From Geopsychrobacteraceae bacterium (lineage in GTDB: Bacteria; Desulfobacterota; Desulfuromonadia; Desulfuromonadales; Geopsychrobacteraceae): a stretch of DNA of 64,000 nt. Shown here in pieces: positions 9,371 to 17,015 of the stretch; the stretch's first letter is position 1; each line of letters opens with the position of its first letter. A model generated the notes under the pieces. The model did no database searches. It saw only the letters and a program-made list of their open reading frames with translations, and was not told the origin of the DNA. The stretch is from contig OY759353.1 of assembly GCA_963662315.1 (NCBI GenBank), positions 4,288,001-4,352,000 of the forward strand, read 5' to 3'. The translations under genes were made by a program, and so were the position numbers.

Positions 9371-10360
9371 ATGAGAAACATGGGAGTAAAAGTTGTGGTA
9401 TTGCTAATGCTGGCAATACTTGTCGTAACCACCAGTTCTTTCGCTTCAGGACACACTATGGCAAAGTCAAAATCCGCTATCGTTATCGCCAGCTTCGGGA
9501 CCACGGTCCCTTCAGGGTTGAAAGCGATCACCAATATTATCGATCGCGTCAAAAAAGCTTACCCTGAAACCGAGGTACGGGTCACCTTTACGTCAAACAT
9601 TATTCGCTCCGTATGGAAAAAGCGTCAGGCTGAAGCGGACAAATGGTTAAACAAAGGGATACCGAAGGAGATTCTTTTTGTAAAAAATATTATCTCGACC
9701 ATGGGTGATCTGCAGGAGGATGGCTATAGCGATATTATCGTGCAGCCGACCCATATGTTTTTTATGGAACAATCTCACGACCTGAACAGTTATATTCAGG
9801 CCCTGAATTCCATCCATACTTTGAAAGCACAATGGCGTCCGTTCAATCAGATTGTTCTGGGCCGTCCGGCTCTCGGTATGCCCGGTGATCTTTACAGCTA
9901 CCATGAGGATGTCGACGCTGTTGTTGCAACTCTGGCCGCTGATGCGCAACTTGCCAGGGAAAAGGATGCCGTGCTGGTTTATATGGGACATGGCAACGAG
10001 AAATGGTCGACCGGCATCTACGCAGAAGTACAAAAGAAGATGAACACTGCTTACCCACAAACCAAAACGGTTGTCGGGGTTGTCGAGGGAGCTCCTGATC
10101 TTGACGATGTGTTGGCCGCTCTGAAGCGCAGTGGCAAGAAAAAGGTTCTGCTGAAACCCTTTATGATTGTTGCCGGCGATCATGCCACCAACGACATGGC
10201 CGGTCCGGAAGAGGATTCCTGGAAATCTGTGCTCACTAAAGCCGGTTATCAGGTTGAGACCGTTCTTCACGGGTTGGGCGAAAATGATCAATTCGCCGAG
10301 CTGTTTGTCTTGCACATTGCTGATGCTGCCAAGCAGGGGCATCCGATAGCTTTGAAATAA
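9371..10360 (+). CDS. cbiK: Sirohydrochlorin cobaltochelatase / periplasmic cobalt-binding CbiK(P)-like protein
   Basis: Signal peptide; ASFGTT, FTSNIIR, YMGHGN, PFMIVAGDHATNDMAG, LHGLGEN motifs. Confidence 0.88.
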   Translation: MRNMGVKVVVLLMLAILVVTTSSFASGHTMAKSKSAIVIASFGTTVPSGLKAITNIIDRVKKAYPETEVRVTFTSNIIRSVWKKRQAEADKWLNKGIPKEILFVKNIISTMGDLQEDGYSDIIVQPTHMFFMEQSHDLNSYIQALNSIHTLKAQWRPFNQIVLGRPALGMPGDLYSYHEDVDAVVATLAADAQLAREKDAVLVYMGHGNEKWSTGIYAEVQKKMNTAYPQTKTVVGVVEGAPDLDDVLAALKRSGKKKVLLKPFMIVAGDHATNDMAGPEEDSWKSVLTKAGYQVETVLHGLGENDQFAELFVLHIADAAKQGHPIALK

Positions 10361-10381
10361 GTTAAGATTGTCGTTATTTTT

Positions 10382-10422
10382 AAAAAAAAAGCCGCGCCAT
10401 ACAGTGTCTGTGGCGCGGCTTT
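10382..10422. terminator. Bidirectional intrinsic terminator
   Basis: A-tract, aagccgcgcca...tggcgcggctt stem, between convergent genes. Confidence 0.75.
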
Positions 10423-10452
10423 CGTCGAATAACTTTACAATTATAGTTAACT

Positions 10453-11130
10453 TTATTTTCTTCTTCGTTGATACCAGCCAAGACCTAATAGGCCGCCACC
10501 GAGGAGGATGAAGGTTGCCGGTTCAGGAACCGGGGCAACGGTGAGTCTGTAGTCCTCCGCTTCCCCTTGATGATATGAGCCAGTTGCGTAAAAATGTTGA
10601 TCAAACCATGCGCTGGTTTGGTTAAATTGCTTATCCCATTTTCCGCCCCAAAGGGATTCGCTGCAAGTTACTCGTGCTCTGAGCCATGTTTCTCCAATAT
10701 ACTCCTCCATAATATTTATGGCGGCAGTATAAAATTCAAAATATGCGACCGAAGGTTTATTCCATGAGCCAATATTGCCAGCTTCGGAAACGGTCAATGC
10801 TCTTTGTTCATAAATAATTGCCTCGTCAGTATCGAAATCACCGTCGAAGTTCCAGTCTATCCAAGCCTTAAGATGATCGGCCAAATGCGTACCAACATTG
10901 TTTTTATGAACGGAAAATTTAAAGACCACTGATTGACCAACATAGAGAGTATCGTTGCCCCAGTTGATCCCATCGGTACTCCAGCTTACACCACCGGCAC
11001 TTGTTGACGATGAAAGATCCTGCCAGGCTGTTGTTGAATGATTCGCTTCACCATAAGACGCTGGAATAGCAAAAGCATTTGCAACAAATAAGCAAGAAAG
11101 CAATGCAATAAGTAATAAAATTGAACGCAT
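10453..11130 (-). CDS. PEP-CTERM sorting-domain protein with GEVED-like domain
   Basis: Signal peptide; AWIDWNFDGDF...WLRARV...GEAEDY (GEVED); C-terminus VPEPATFILLGGGLLGLGWYQRRRK. Confidence 0.88.
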   Translation of the reverse strand: MRSILLLIALLSCLFVANAFAIPASYGEANHSTTAWQDLSSSTSAGGVSWSTDGINWGNDTLYVGQSVVFKFSVHKNNVGTHLADHLKAWIDWNFDGDFDTDEAIIYEQRALTVSEAGNIGSWNKPSVAYFEFYTAAINIMEEYIGETWLRARVTCSESLWGGKWDKQFNQTSAWFDQHFYATGSYHQGEAEDYRLTVAPVPEPATFILLGGGLLGLGWYQRRRK

Positions 11131-11174
11131 GTAGGACTCCTTACAATAAAAATTCAAAAGTTGTCCTGTTCAAA

Positions 11175-11190
11175 GCTCAAACTGTGCCAA
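11175..11190 (-). promoter_or_regulatory. sigma54 -24/-12 promoter of first PEP-CTERM gene
   Basis: Minus strand TTGGCACAGTTTGAGC (GG-N10-GC). Confidence 0.75.
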
Positions 11191-11247
11191 CTTTTTTCTT
11201 TAATGATCACAATAAGTTGATAAGAGCTTGGCGAAAAGGTCACTTTG

Positions 11248-11264
11248 TGTAAAATAAATCGACA
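11248..11264. promoter_or_regulatory. Putative enhancer (PrsR-type EBP site)
   Basis: TGTAAAATAAATCGACA (TGT-N11-ACA), nearly identical to the motif at 14701-14716. Confidence 0.65.
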
Positions 11265-11290
11265 CATTGTCGGGCGATGTAGGGAGGAAG

Positions 11291-11320
11291 AAAAATGGGC
11301 ATGTCCAGAAAGACATGCCC
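11291..11320 (-). terminator. Intrinsic terminator of trpR-trpE-trpG
   Basis: gggcatgtc/gacatgccc stem followed by a T-run on the minus strand. Confidence 0.7.
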
Positions 11321-11329
11321 TGGTGCGGA

Positions 11330-12025
11330 TTAAAATTGAATGACAGGAAATAAGGCTTTTTTAGCAGGCAACTTAAGAAAGTTACGGATAATCTCCCGTC
11401 CACCTTCCGTTGCAAATGATTCCGGATGGAACTGAATGCCATGAATCGGGAAGCGTTTGTGTCGCACCCCCATAATTTCAAAATCACCACCGGCACGCAC
11501 TGTCGCCAGATCGTCAAATTGTTCATTTTTAAGGCTGCCAACCGCCGCTGTAACCTGCAGCTCCTCAGGAAAGCTTTGCGCTTCAGCGATTAGTGAATGG
11601 TAGCGCATGATTTCCAGTTGCGTTGGAATATCGTCAAACAGATCTTTGCCATTATGATCAATGGGACTGGTTTTTCCATGCATGGGGAGTGGAGCTTTCA
11701 CTACCTTGCCACCAAACACATGAACAATCCCCTGCATTCCAAGGCACACTCCCAGTAGCGGAATTTTCGGGCCAAGGAGCTTGATGACATCGGCACAGAC
11801 ACCAAAATAGGCCTCGTCATCAGGCGAGCCTGGTCCGGGAGAGATAATGATGCGATCAGGTGCAAATGCTGTGATATCGGCAATGCTGATGTCATTGTTA
11901 CGTTTGACACTGATGGTGAAATCGTCAAGCTTGCCGGCAAGTTTTTCCGCCGACAGAATCTCACCGATGTACTGATAAAGATTGTAAGTAAAGGAATCGT
12001 AGTTATCAATAATCAGTACTTTCAT
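11330..12025 (-). CDS. trpG: Anthranilate synthase component II (glutamine amidotransferase)
   Basis: [39 protein letters not shown]; overlaps the trpE stop. Confidence 0.9.
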   Translation of the reverse strand: MKVLIIDNYDSFTYNLYQYIGEILSAEKLAGKLDDFTISVKRNNDISIADITAFAPDRIIISPGPGSPDDEAYFGVCADVIKLLGPKIPLLGVCLGMQGIVHVFGGKVVKAPLPMHGKTSPIDHNGKDLFDDIPTQLEIMRYHSLIAEAQSFPEELQVTAAVGSLKNEQFDDLATVRAGGDFEIMGVRHKRFPIHGIQFHPESFATEGGREIIRNFLKLPAKKALFPVIQF

Positions 12026-13431
12026 ACCGGGGCCTCCTCATCCTGTGTGACGATAAACGGTTCCAACGCTTTTTTAGTGCCGGCGAATTTGCGGATGATC
12101 TCCTGATATTCGTCGGCCGGATTGGAATCGTAGACATTGCCACCACAGGTTTGCACATAGGCCTTTTCTCCATTGGCAAAGATAGTCCGGATCGGGATAG
12201 CGAAGGTACAATCACCATTGAAGGAAAAATGACCAACGGCCCCTCCGTAAGGTCCGCGCCCATCAGGCTCCTGAGCGTTGATGATCTTCATCGCCTCAAT
12301 CTTTGGCGCGCCTGTCAGAGTGCCGGCCGGGAAGTTGCTGGCCAGGGCCGAAAACATATCTTCCTTTTCATCGATAATGCCGACAATCTCGCTGCTGATA
12401 TGTTGGACATGGCTGAAGCGCTTGATGTCCATCAGGCTGCGGACTTTAACGGTTCCGAAGCGGGCGACACGACCAATATCGTTTCGGTGCAGATCGACCA
12501 GCATATTGTGTTCGGCGATCTCTTTCGGATCGTTAAGCAGTTCACGGGCCAGGGCGACATCCTCCTGGGGAGTCGCACCACGCCTGGTGGTACCGGCCAG
12601 CGGGAAGGTTTCCATCTCTCCCTGGCGCAGGCGGAACAGAAGCTCTGGGCTGGCGCTGATCAGTCTCTGATCACCGAATTTCAGATAGAACATCTGTGGT
12701 GAAGGGTTGATTTCGCGCATTCGCTCGTAAATGTTAATGCAATCCCCAACCAGGGTGAAATGGCTTTTAAAGCCGACCTCGCATTGGAAAACCTTGCCGT
12801 CGATGATGTCCTGCTTGACCTTCATGACCGCAGCGGTGTGTTCCTCGCGGTTCATGCCGACTTTACCGGGAATGACCTTTAACGGCCCATTGCCGGGGTA
12901 GGGGGTATTGAGCAGATCGCGAATCAGGTCGATGCGGCATTCATCGTAATAGAAATAGATCAGCTCACCGGTCATTTTGTCGTAAATCAGACCGTCTTTG
13001 AATAACCCGAAACGGAAGGTGTCAAAGTCGGGGTTGCTTTGCAGGTCAAGGGTTGGCTCAAAATAGCTCATAGCGTTGTAGGACAGGTAACCAGTGAGCC
13101 CACCGGCATATTTGCGCGACAGAATATTCTGCGGAATGATGTCTTGCAGCAGATAATATGGATTGTCGCTTGCGTAGCTGGTGCTGATGCCGTCGCGCTC
13201 ACTGATAGTCAGACTGTTGCCGGTGGCGAAGAATTGCTTTTCCGGATCAAAACCGATCAGGGTGTGGCGGGCGACATAACTCTCTTCTCCCAGCGATTCG
13301 AGAATAAAGCAGTTGTCGAAGCGTTTTTCCACTTTCTTGAACAGCTCGAAATAGTCACAATCTTCGGTGATGGTGACATATCTCGGCTTACGCGGCAGAG
13401 TCAGTCGCTCGGGCTTTGGTTGCGTGGTCAT
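12022..13431 (-). CDS. trpE: Anthranilate synthase component I
   Basis: FILES, SASPELL, PLAGT (Ala as in TrpE, not the PabB Lys), KEIAEHNMLVDLHRNDIG, FPAGTLTGAPK, RGPYGG. Confidence 0.88.
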   Translation of the reverse strand: MTTQPKPERLTLPRKPRYVTITEDCDYFELFKKVEKRFDNCFILESLGEESYVARHTLIGFDPEKQFFATGNSLTISERDGISTSYASDNPYYLLQDIIPQNILSRKYAGGLTGYLSYNAMSYFEPTLDLQSNPDFDTFRFGLFKDGLIYDKMTGELIYFYYDECRIDLIRDLLNTPYPGNGPLKVIPGKVGMNREEHTAAVMKVKQDIIDGKVFQCEVGFKSHFTLVGDCINIYERMREINPSPQMFYLKFGDQRLISASPELLFRLRQGEMETFPLAGTTRRGATPQEDVALARELLNDPKEIAEHNMLVDLHRNDIGRVARFGTVKVRSLMDIKRFSHVQHISSEIVGIIDEKEDMFSALASNFPAGTLTGAPKIEAMKIINAQEPDGRGPYGGAVGHFSFNGDCTFAIPIRTIFANGEKAYVQTCGGNVYDSNPADEYQEIIRKFAGTKKALEPFIVTQDEEAPV

Positions 13432-13433
13432 AG

Positions 13434-13682
13434 TTATTTGTCCTGAAAGTCTTTAAGGGCACGGGCACCGCGGGATACCGTCGCAATGCCGACCCCAAGG
13501 TGTTCGGCAATTTTACGCTGCGGTTCACCAGCCTCAAGCATGTGGAAGATCTGCAGGCGGTTAACAATGTCGTCAAACTCTGCTGGAGTGAGAAGGGCGC
13601 GTAAGGCTTTCTCCATCTCTGCGGGAGTTTTGACTGCAAGCAGGTAGTCGATGAGTTCTTTTATGTAGTGTTGTGTATTCAT
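13434..13682 (-). CDS. trpR: Trp repressor (TrpR/YerC-YecD family)
   Basis: LLTPAEFDDIVNRLQI...PQRKIAEHLGVGIATVSRGARAL matches the TrpR HTH; first gene ahead of trpE-trpG. Confidence 0.88.
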   Translation of the reverse strand: MNTQHYIKELIDYLLAVKTPAEMEKALRALLTPAEFDDIVNRLQIFHMLEAGEPQRKIAEHLGVGIATVSRGARALKDFQDK

Positions 13683-13700
13683 GTACTAGGATACTAGTAC
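13683..13700. promoter_or_regulatory. TrpR operator
   Basis: GTACTAGGATACTAGTAC, matching the idealised trp operator GTACTAG-N4-CTAGTAC; directly abuts the trpR ATG. Confidence 0.88.
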
Positions 13701-13718
13701 ATTGAGTCGGTTTGTCAA
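13691..13718 (-). promoter_or_regulatory. sigma70 promoter of trpR operon (likely leaderless)
   Basis: Minus strand TTGACA-N16-TAGTAT-N8-ATG; no Shine-Dalgarno. Confidence 0.65.
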
Positions 13719-13918
13719 TGGGAAAATTTGCAATGCCTGGCTTCTCTGCATTGAATGCCTAGTAGCAGTGTGAGACTTTGGTTATTTGTTTGTCTGGTTA
13801 ACTGAGTCATTTTTTTCTTTAATTGGTCAACAGTTGAAAATGCTGAGAACTTTGAGTAGGACCTAAGCTGGAATCTCAACAGCGGGGTTCCAGGGAGGGG
13901 TAGATGAGTGTGAAATGT

Positions 13919-13950
13919 AAAAAAGCCCGACATTATCTATCGGGCTTTTT
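13919..13950 (-). terminator. Intrinsic terminator of second PEP-CTERM gene
   Basis: aaaaagcccga...tcgggcttttt. Confidence 0.75.
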
Positions 13951-13974
13951 AGATGATTTTTTCGTCAGAAAGGT

Positions 13975-14526
13975 TTATTTCAAGTGTTTACGACGGTAGA
14001 GACCCAGGCCTGCGAGACCGGCACCGAGAAGAATGAAGGTGCCAGGTTCTGGAACTGGGGCAACGTCAGTATAATCACCGTAAATCTTAACATTGAAAAC
14101 GGTTGTATCAGTGGTGCATTTCCACCCATCATAGTCATCAAAGGTGACCGTGAAATCAACAAGGGATCCACTTTGTGACGTGATCAGAGGGCTGGTTAAA
14201 AACCAATCCCCGTTATCCATTTCCCAATCGTTAACGTACTTTACGCCGTTTACGGTAATATCGATATATTCATTAAAAAGGAAAAAATCCCCGTCATCAT
14301 CTTTCACCGAAAAGCCAAGGTATGCCGTATTAATAACATCGTTGCTATCAATATCTCCCACTGCTAAGACATCATTCACCAGGTCGAATGACCAGGTGTA
14401 GGATACGGTGCCAGCTGATTCCTTAAAGGTCACACTGGTGTTGTCCAGGTCAGTATAACTCAGGGCGCTAGCAACACCAGCCCATCCAAAAACAACCAGT
14501 ATCGCCAGTAATATTCCTTTTTTCAT
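13975..14526 (-). CDS. PEP-CTERM sorting-domain protein
   Basis: Signal peptide, acidic Asp/Thr-rich body, C-terminus VPEPGTFILLGAGLAGLGLYRRKHLK. Confidence 0.9.
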   Translation of the reverse strand: MKKGILLAILVVFGWAGVASALSYTDLDNTSVTFKESAGTVSYTWSFDLVNDVLAVGDIDSNDVINTAYLGFSVKDDDGDFFLFNEYIDITVNGVKYVNDWEMDNGDWFLTSPLITSQSGSLVDFTVTFDDYDGWKCTTDTTVFNVKIYGDYTDVAPVPEPGTFILLGAGLAGLGLYRRKHLK

Positions 14527-14587
14527 CCTATCTTCCCTTTATCTGTCATGTGTCAGTTTATTAGTCTAAATATAAGTCATCTGCTAA

Positions 14588-14603
14588 GCATAATATGTGC
14601 CAA
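14588..14603 (-). promoter_or_regulatory. sigma54 -24/-12 promoter of second PEP-CTERM gene
   Basis: Minus strand TTGGCACATATTATGC (GG-N10-GC). Confidence 0.78.
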
Positions 14604-14700
14604 CCTTGATATTGATGACTGATATCCGCTGTATAGTTAACAGGTTATCTTTGATAATATGTGAAGTTGGAAAATTAAAAAACAATAAACATCTCTCTGA

Positions 14701-14716
14701 GTAAAAAAAATCGACA
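14701..14716. promoter_or_regulatory. Putative enhancer (PrsR-type EBP site)
   Basis: GTAAAAAAAATCGACA, 15/16 identical to 11249-11264. Confidence 0.62.
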
Positions 14717-15092
14717 AAATGGTGATGGTTTAGTGAGGAAATGGCTGAGTATTTATACGTTAATAATCACTTATCTAAGCGGCAGGTTGAAGCTCCTAGT
14801 AGAATAACAGAATACCTCAGTGGTGGGGGGCGGGGATGGCGTGCTTTCTTAATCCAAAGCCAAATTCAGTCTTCCATTGTTGTCCTGGCGTCTCATCCTA
14901 ATGATTTATCCGGTAGCGCCGGAAAGTTTTTTCGCCAGTTGTTCAACCACCTGCAATTCTGGCTCTAAACCAAGATCGACTGCATTCGAAGAGGTCTTAG
15001 CTAAAGAATGTTCAGATGGCTCCTCATTGACAAGCTCTGCGCTGGTCATGATTACAGTTAGCAGAGAAAACATAAAAAATGTAGATCAGGTA

Positions 15093-15135
15093 TTGACTGT
15101 AATGACCGTTTGGTCATAAATTGACCAAGTAGTCA
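15093..15135 (+). promoter_or_regulatory. Promoter with tandem TetR-type operators
   Basis: TTGACT -35; palindromes TGACC-GTTT-GGTCA (15103-15116) and TGACC-AAGT-AGTCA (15122-15135). Confidence 0.7.
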
Positions 15136-15227
15136 CTTTGTGACTTTAGGGTTTCCAATGATGGAAAAAACAAAGACTGCCAGCTATCAGGGCAGTCTTC
15201 TTTTATGAAATAAAAGTCTTAAAGGTT

Positions 15228-15818
15228 ATGTCTATGACAGGTATTCGCAAGAAAAGGGAAATGTTGGATCAATTGCTCCGTCAGGAGATCGTTGAGGTGA
15301 TTCTGAATATGATTCATTGCAATACTGCGATCACCATGGATGAAGTGGCGCGTCAGTGCGGAGTTTCAAAAGGAACTTTGTACAATTATTTTCAGAACAA
15401 AGAAGAATTGCTCGATCATGTTCATCAGGCGGTTATTGAGCCGCTGGTGAAATCCCATCAGGAGATATTTACCAGTGCCAACGAACCCCTGGTCAAATTA
15501 CATCTATTCATTGATGCGATCTATGGAATGTCCGATACTTTGGCAGCCTATTTTCGTTTTGTCTGGCAAAACAAGACCGCGGAGATGATGTTTCTTGAAC
15601 GGGCAGAGCTGCTGATGCATCCGCTGGCCAAGATTTGCCAGGAAGGGATCGAGTGCAGCGGATTTATCGAGGTCGATCCTTATATCATGGCGGAGATGAT
15701 CTACGGAACGGTGATTGGACCATTTAATACTATGCCGTATCGTGATGGTGGTTCTCATCTGGATGAAACAAAAATGCAGCAAGATGTTAAAAAGCTTATT
15801 GACCGTATAGTCCTTTAA
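15228..15818 (+). CDS. TetR/AcrR family transcriptional regulator
   Basis: ITMDEVARQCGVSKGTLYNYFQNKEELL HTH. Confidence 0.92.
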   Translation: MSMTGIRKKREMLDQLLRQEIVEVILNMIHCNTAITMDEVARQCGVSKGTLYNYFQNKEELLDHVHQAVIEPLVKSHQEIFTSANEPLVKLHLFIDAIYGMSDTLAAYFRFVWQNKTAEMMFLERAELLMHPLAKICQEGIECSGFIEVDPYIMAEMIYGTVIGPFNTMPYRDGGSHLDETKMQQDVKKLIDRIVL

Positions 15819-15835
15819 ATTTGCAGGAGATTCAT

Positions 15836-16999
15836 ATGAAATCGAAGTTTTTGACTGGGATTCTATTCCTGGTTCTAATTGCCACAGGTTATTTTCTTAT
15901 TGCCGGAGAGCCTCAGGTTGCACCAGCCCAGGCTCAGCAGCAGGGTGCAGGGCAGCGACCACCAACTGAGGTGACGGTATTTACCGTCAAGGCTCAGAAT
16001 ATCGATTTGACACAGGATTTGCCAGGACGAACCTCGTCCTACCAGATAGCAGAGATCCGCCCCCAAGTCACAGGGATTATTGTTGATCGTTTGTTTACCG
16101 AGGGGAGTTTCGTTAAAGAAGGTCATCAATTATACCAGATAGATTCCGCTCCTTACCAGGCAGCCTATGACAGTACGGTGGCTGATCTGCGTAAAGCTGA
16201 AGCCAATCTGAAGGCCGTTGAGCCCAAGGTTGAGCGTTATCGCGAACTGGTGAATGTCGGTGGCGTCAGCCGGCAGAACTATGATGATGCTCTGGCTTCT
16301 CTTGAACAGGCGAAAGCCGATATCGCAGTGGCAAGGGCAGCTGTAGCAAATGCCAAAATCAACCTGGACTATACCAAAGTGTTTGCTCCTATCTCCGGTC
16401 AGATTGGCAAATCGACAGTCACCAAAGGGGCGTTGGTCACAGCTAACCAGTCAACGGCTCTGGCGACAGTTCAAAATTTAAGCAAGGTTTATGTCGACGT
16501 CAGCCAGTCGAGTGCTGAGATATTGAAATTGCGTAAACAGTTCTCTGGCGGGAATAAGTCAAAAAAAATGTTGGCTCAGTTATTTATTGAAGGCGAAACA
16601 GAACCCTATGCGGAAAAAGGTGAAGTGCAGTTTTCTGATGTGACTGTCGATGAGGGAACAGGTATGGTCCAGCTGCGTATTCTCTTTCCTAACCCTGACA
16701 ATTATCTGCTTCCCGGTCTGTTTGTAAAAGCACGTGTTGCGCAAAGCACCATGGCCAACGCCATCAGTATTCCTCAACAGGCAGTAGTCAGAAGTGCGGG
16801 CGGAGCAACAACTGTCTGGGCTGTCGGCCCTGATAATGTCGTCAACCCACGGCCAGTAAAGGTTTCTCGGGCCATTGGCGATAAATGGCTGGTTGCTTCC
16901 GGATTAGCAGATGGCGATAAAGTGGTTGTCGCAGGGATTCAGAAAATTGGTCCGGGAGCCACTGTAAAGCCGGTTGAAATGTCCACTTCAGCGCAATAG
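15836..16999 (+). CDS. RND efflux periplasmic adaptor (AcrA/MexA family)
   Basis: LPGRT...AEIRPQVTGII, LYQID, APISGQIG, LLPGLFV; AGGAG RBS. Confidence 0.93.
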   Translation: MKSKFLTGILFLVLIATGYFLIAGEPQVAPAQAQQQGAGQRPPTEVTVFTVKAQNIDLTQDLPGRTSSYQIAEIRPQVTGIIVDRLFTEGSFVKEGHQLYQIDSAPYQAAYDSTVADLRKAEANLKAVEPKVERYRELVNVGGVSRQNYDDALASLEQAKADIAVARAAVANAKINLDYTKVFAPISGQIGKSTVTKGALVTANQSTALATVQNLSKVYVDVSQSSAEILKLRKQFSGGNKSKKMLAQLFIEGETEPYAEKGEVQFSDVTVDEGTGMVQLRILFPNPDNYLLPGLFVKARVAQSTMANAISIPQQAVVRSAGGATTVWAVGPDNVVNPRPVKVSRAIGDKWLVASGLADGDKVVVAGIQKIGPGATVKPVEMSTSAQ

Positions 17000-17015
17000 C
17001 GACAGGATATGAGCA

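Noticed and set aside
14906..15073. 55-aa minus-strand ORF (MFSLLTVIMTSAEL...) and the plus ORFs at 14741-15119
   Set aside because: No RBS or recognisable motif; probably intergenic or decayed sequence.
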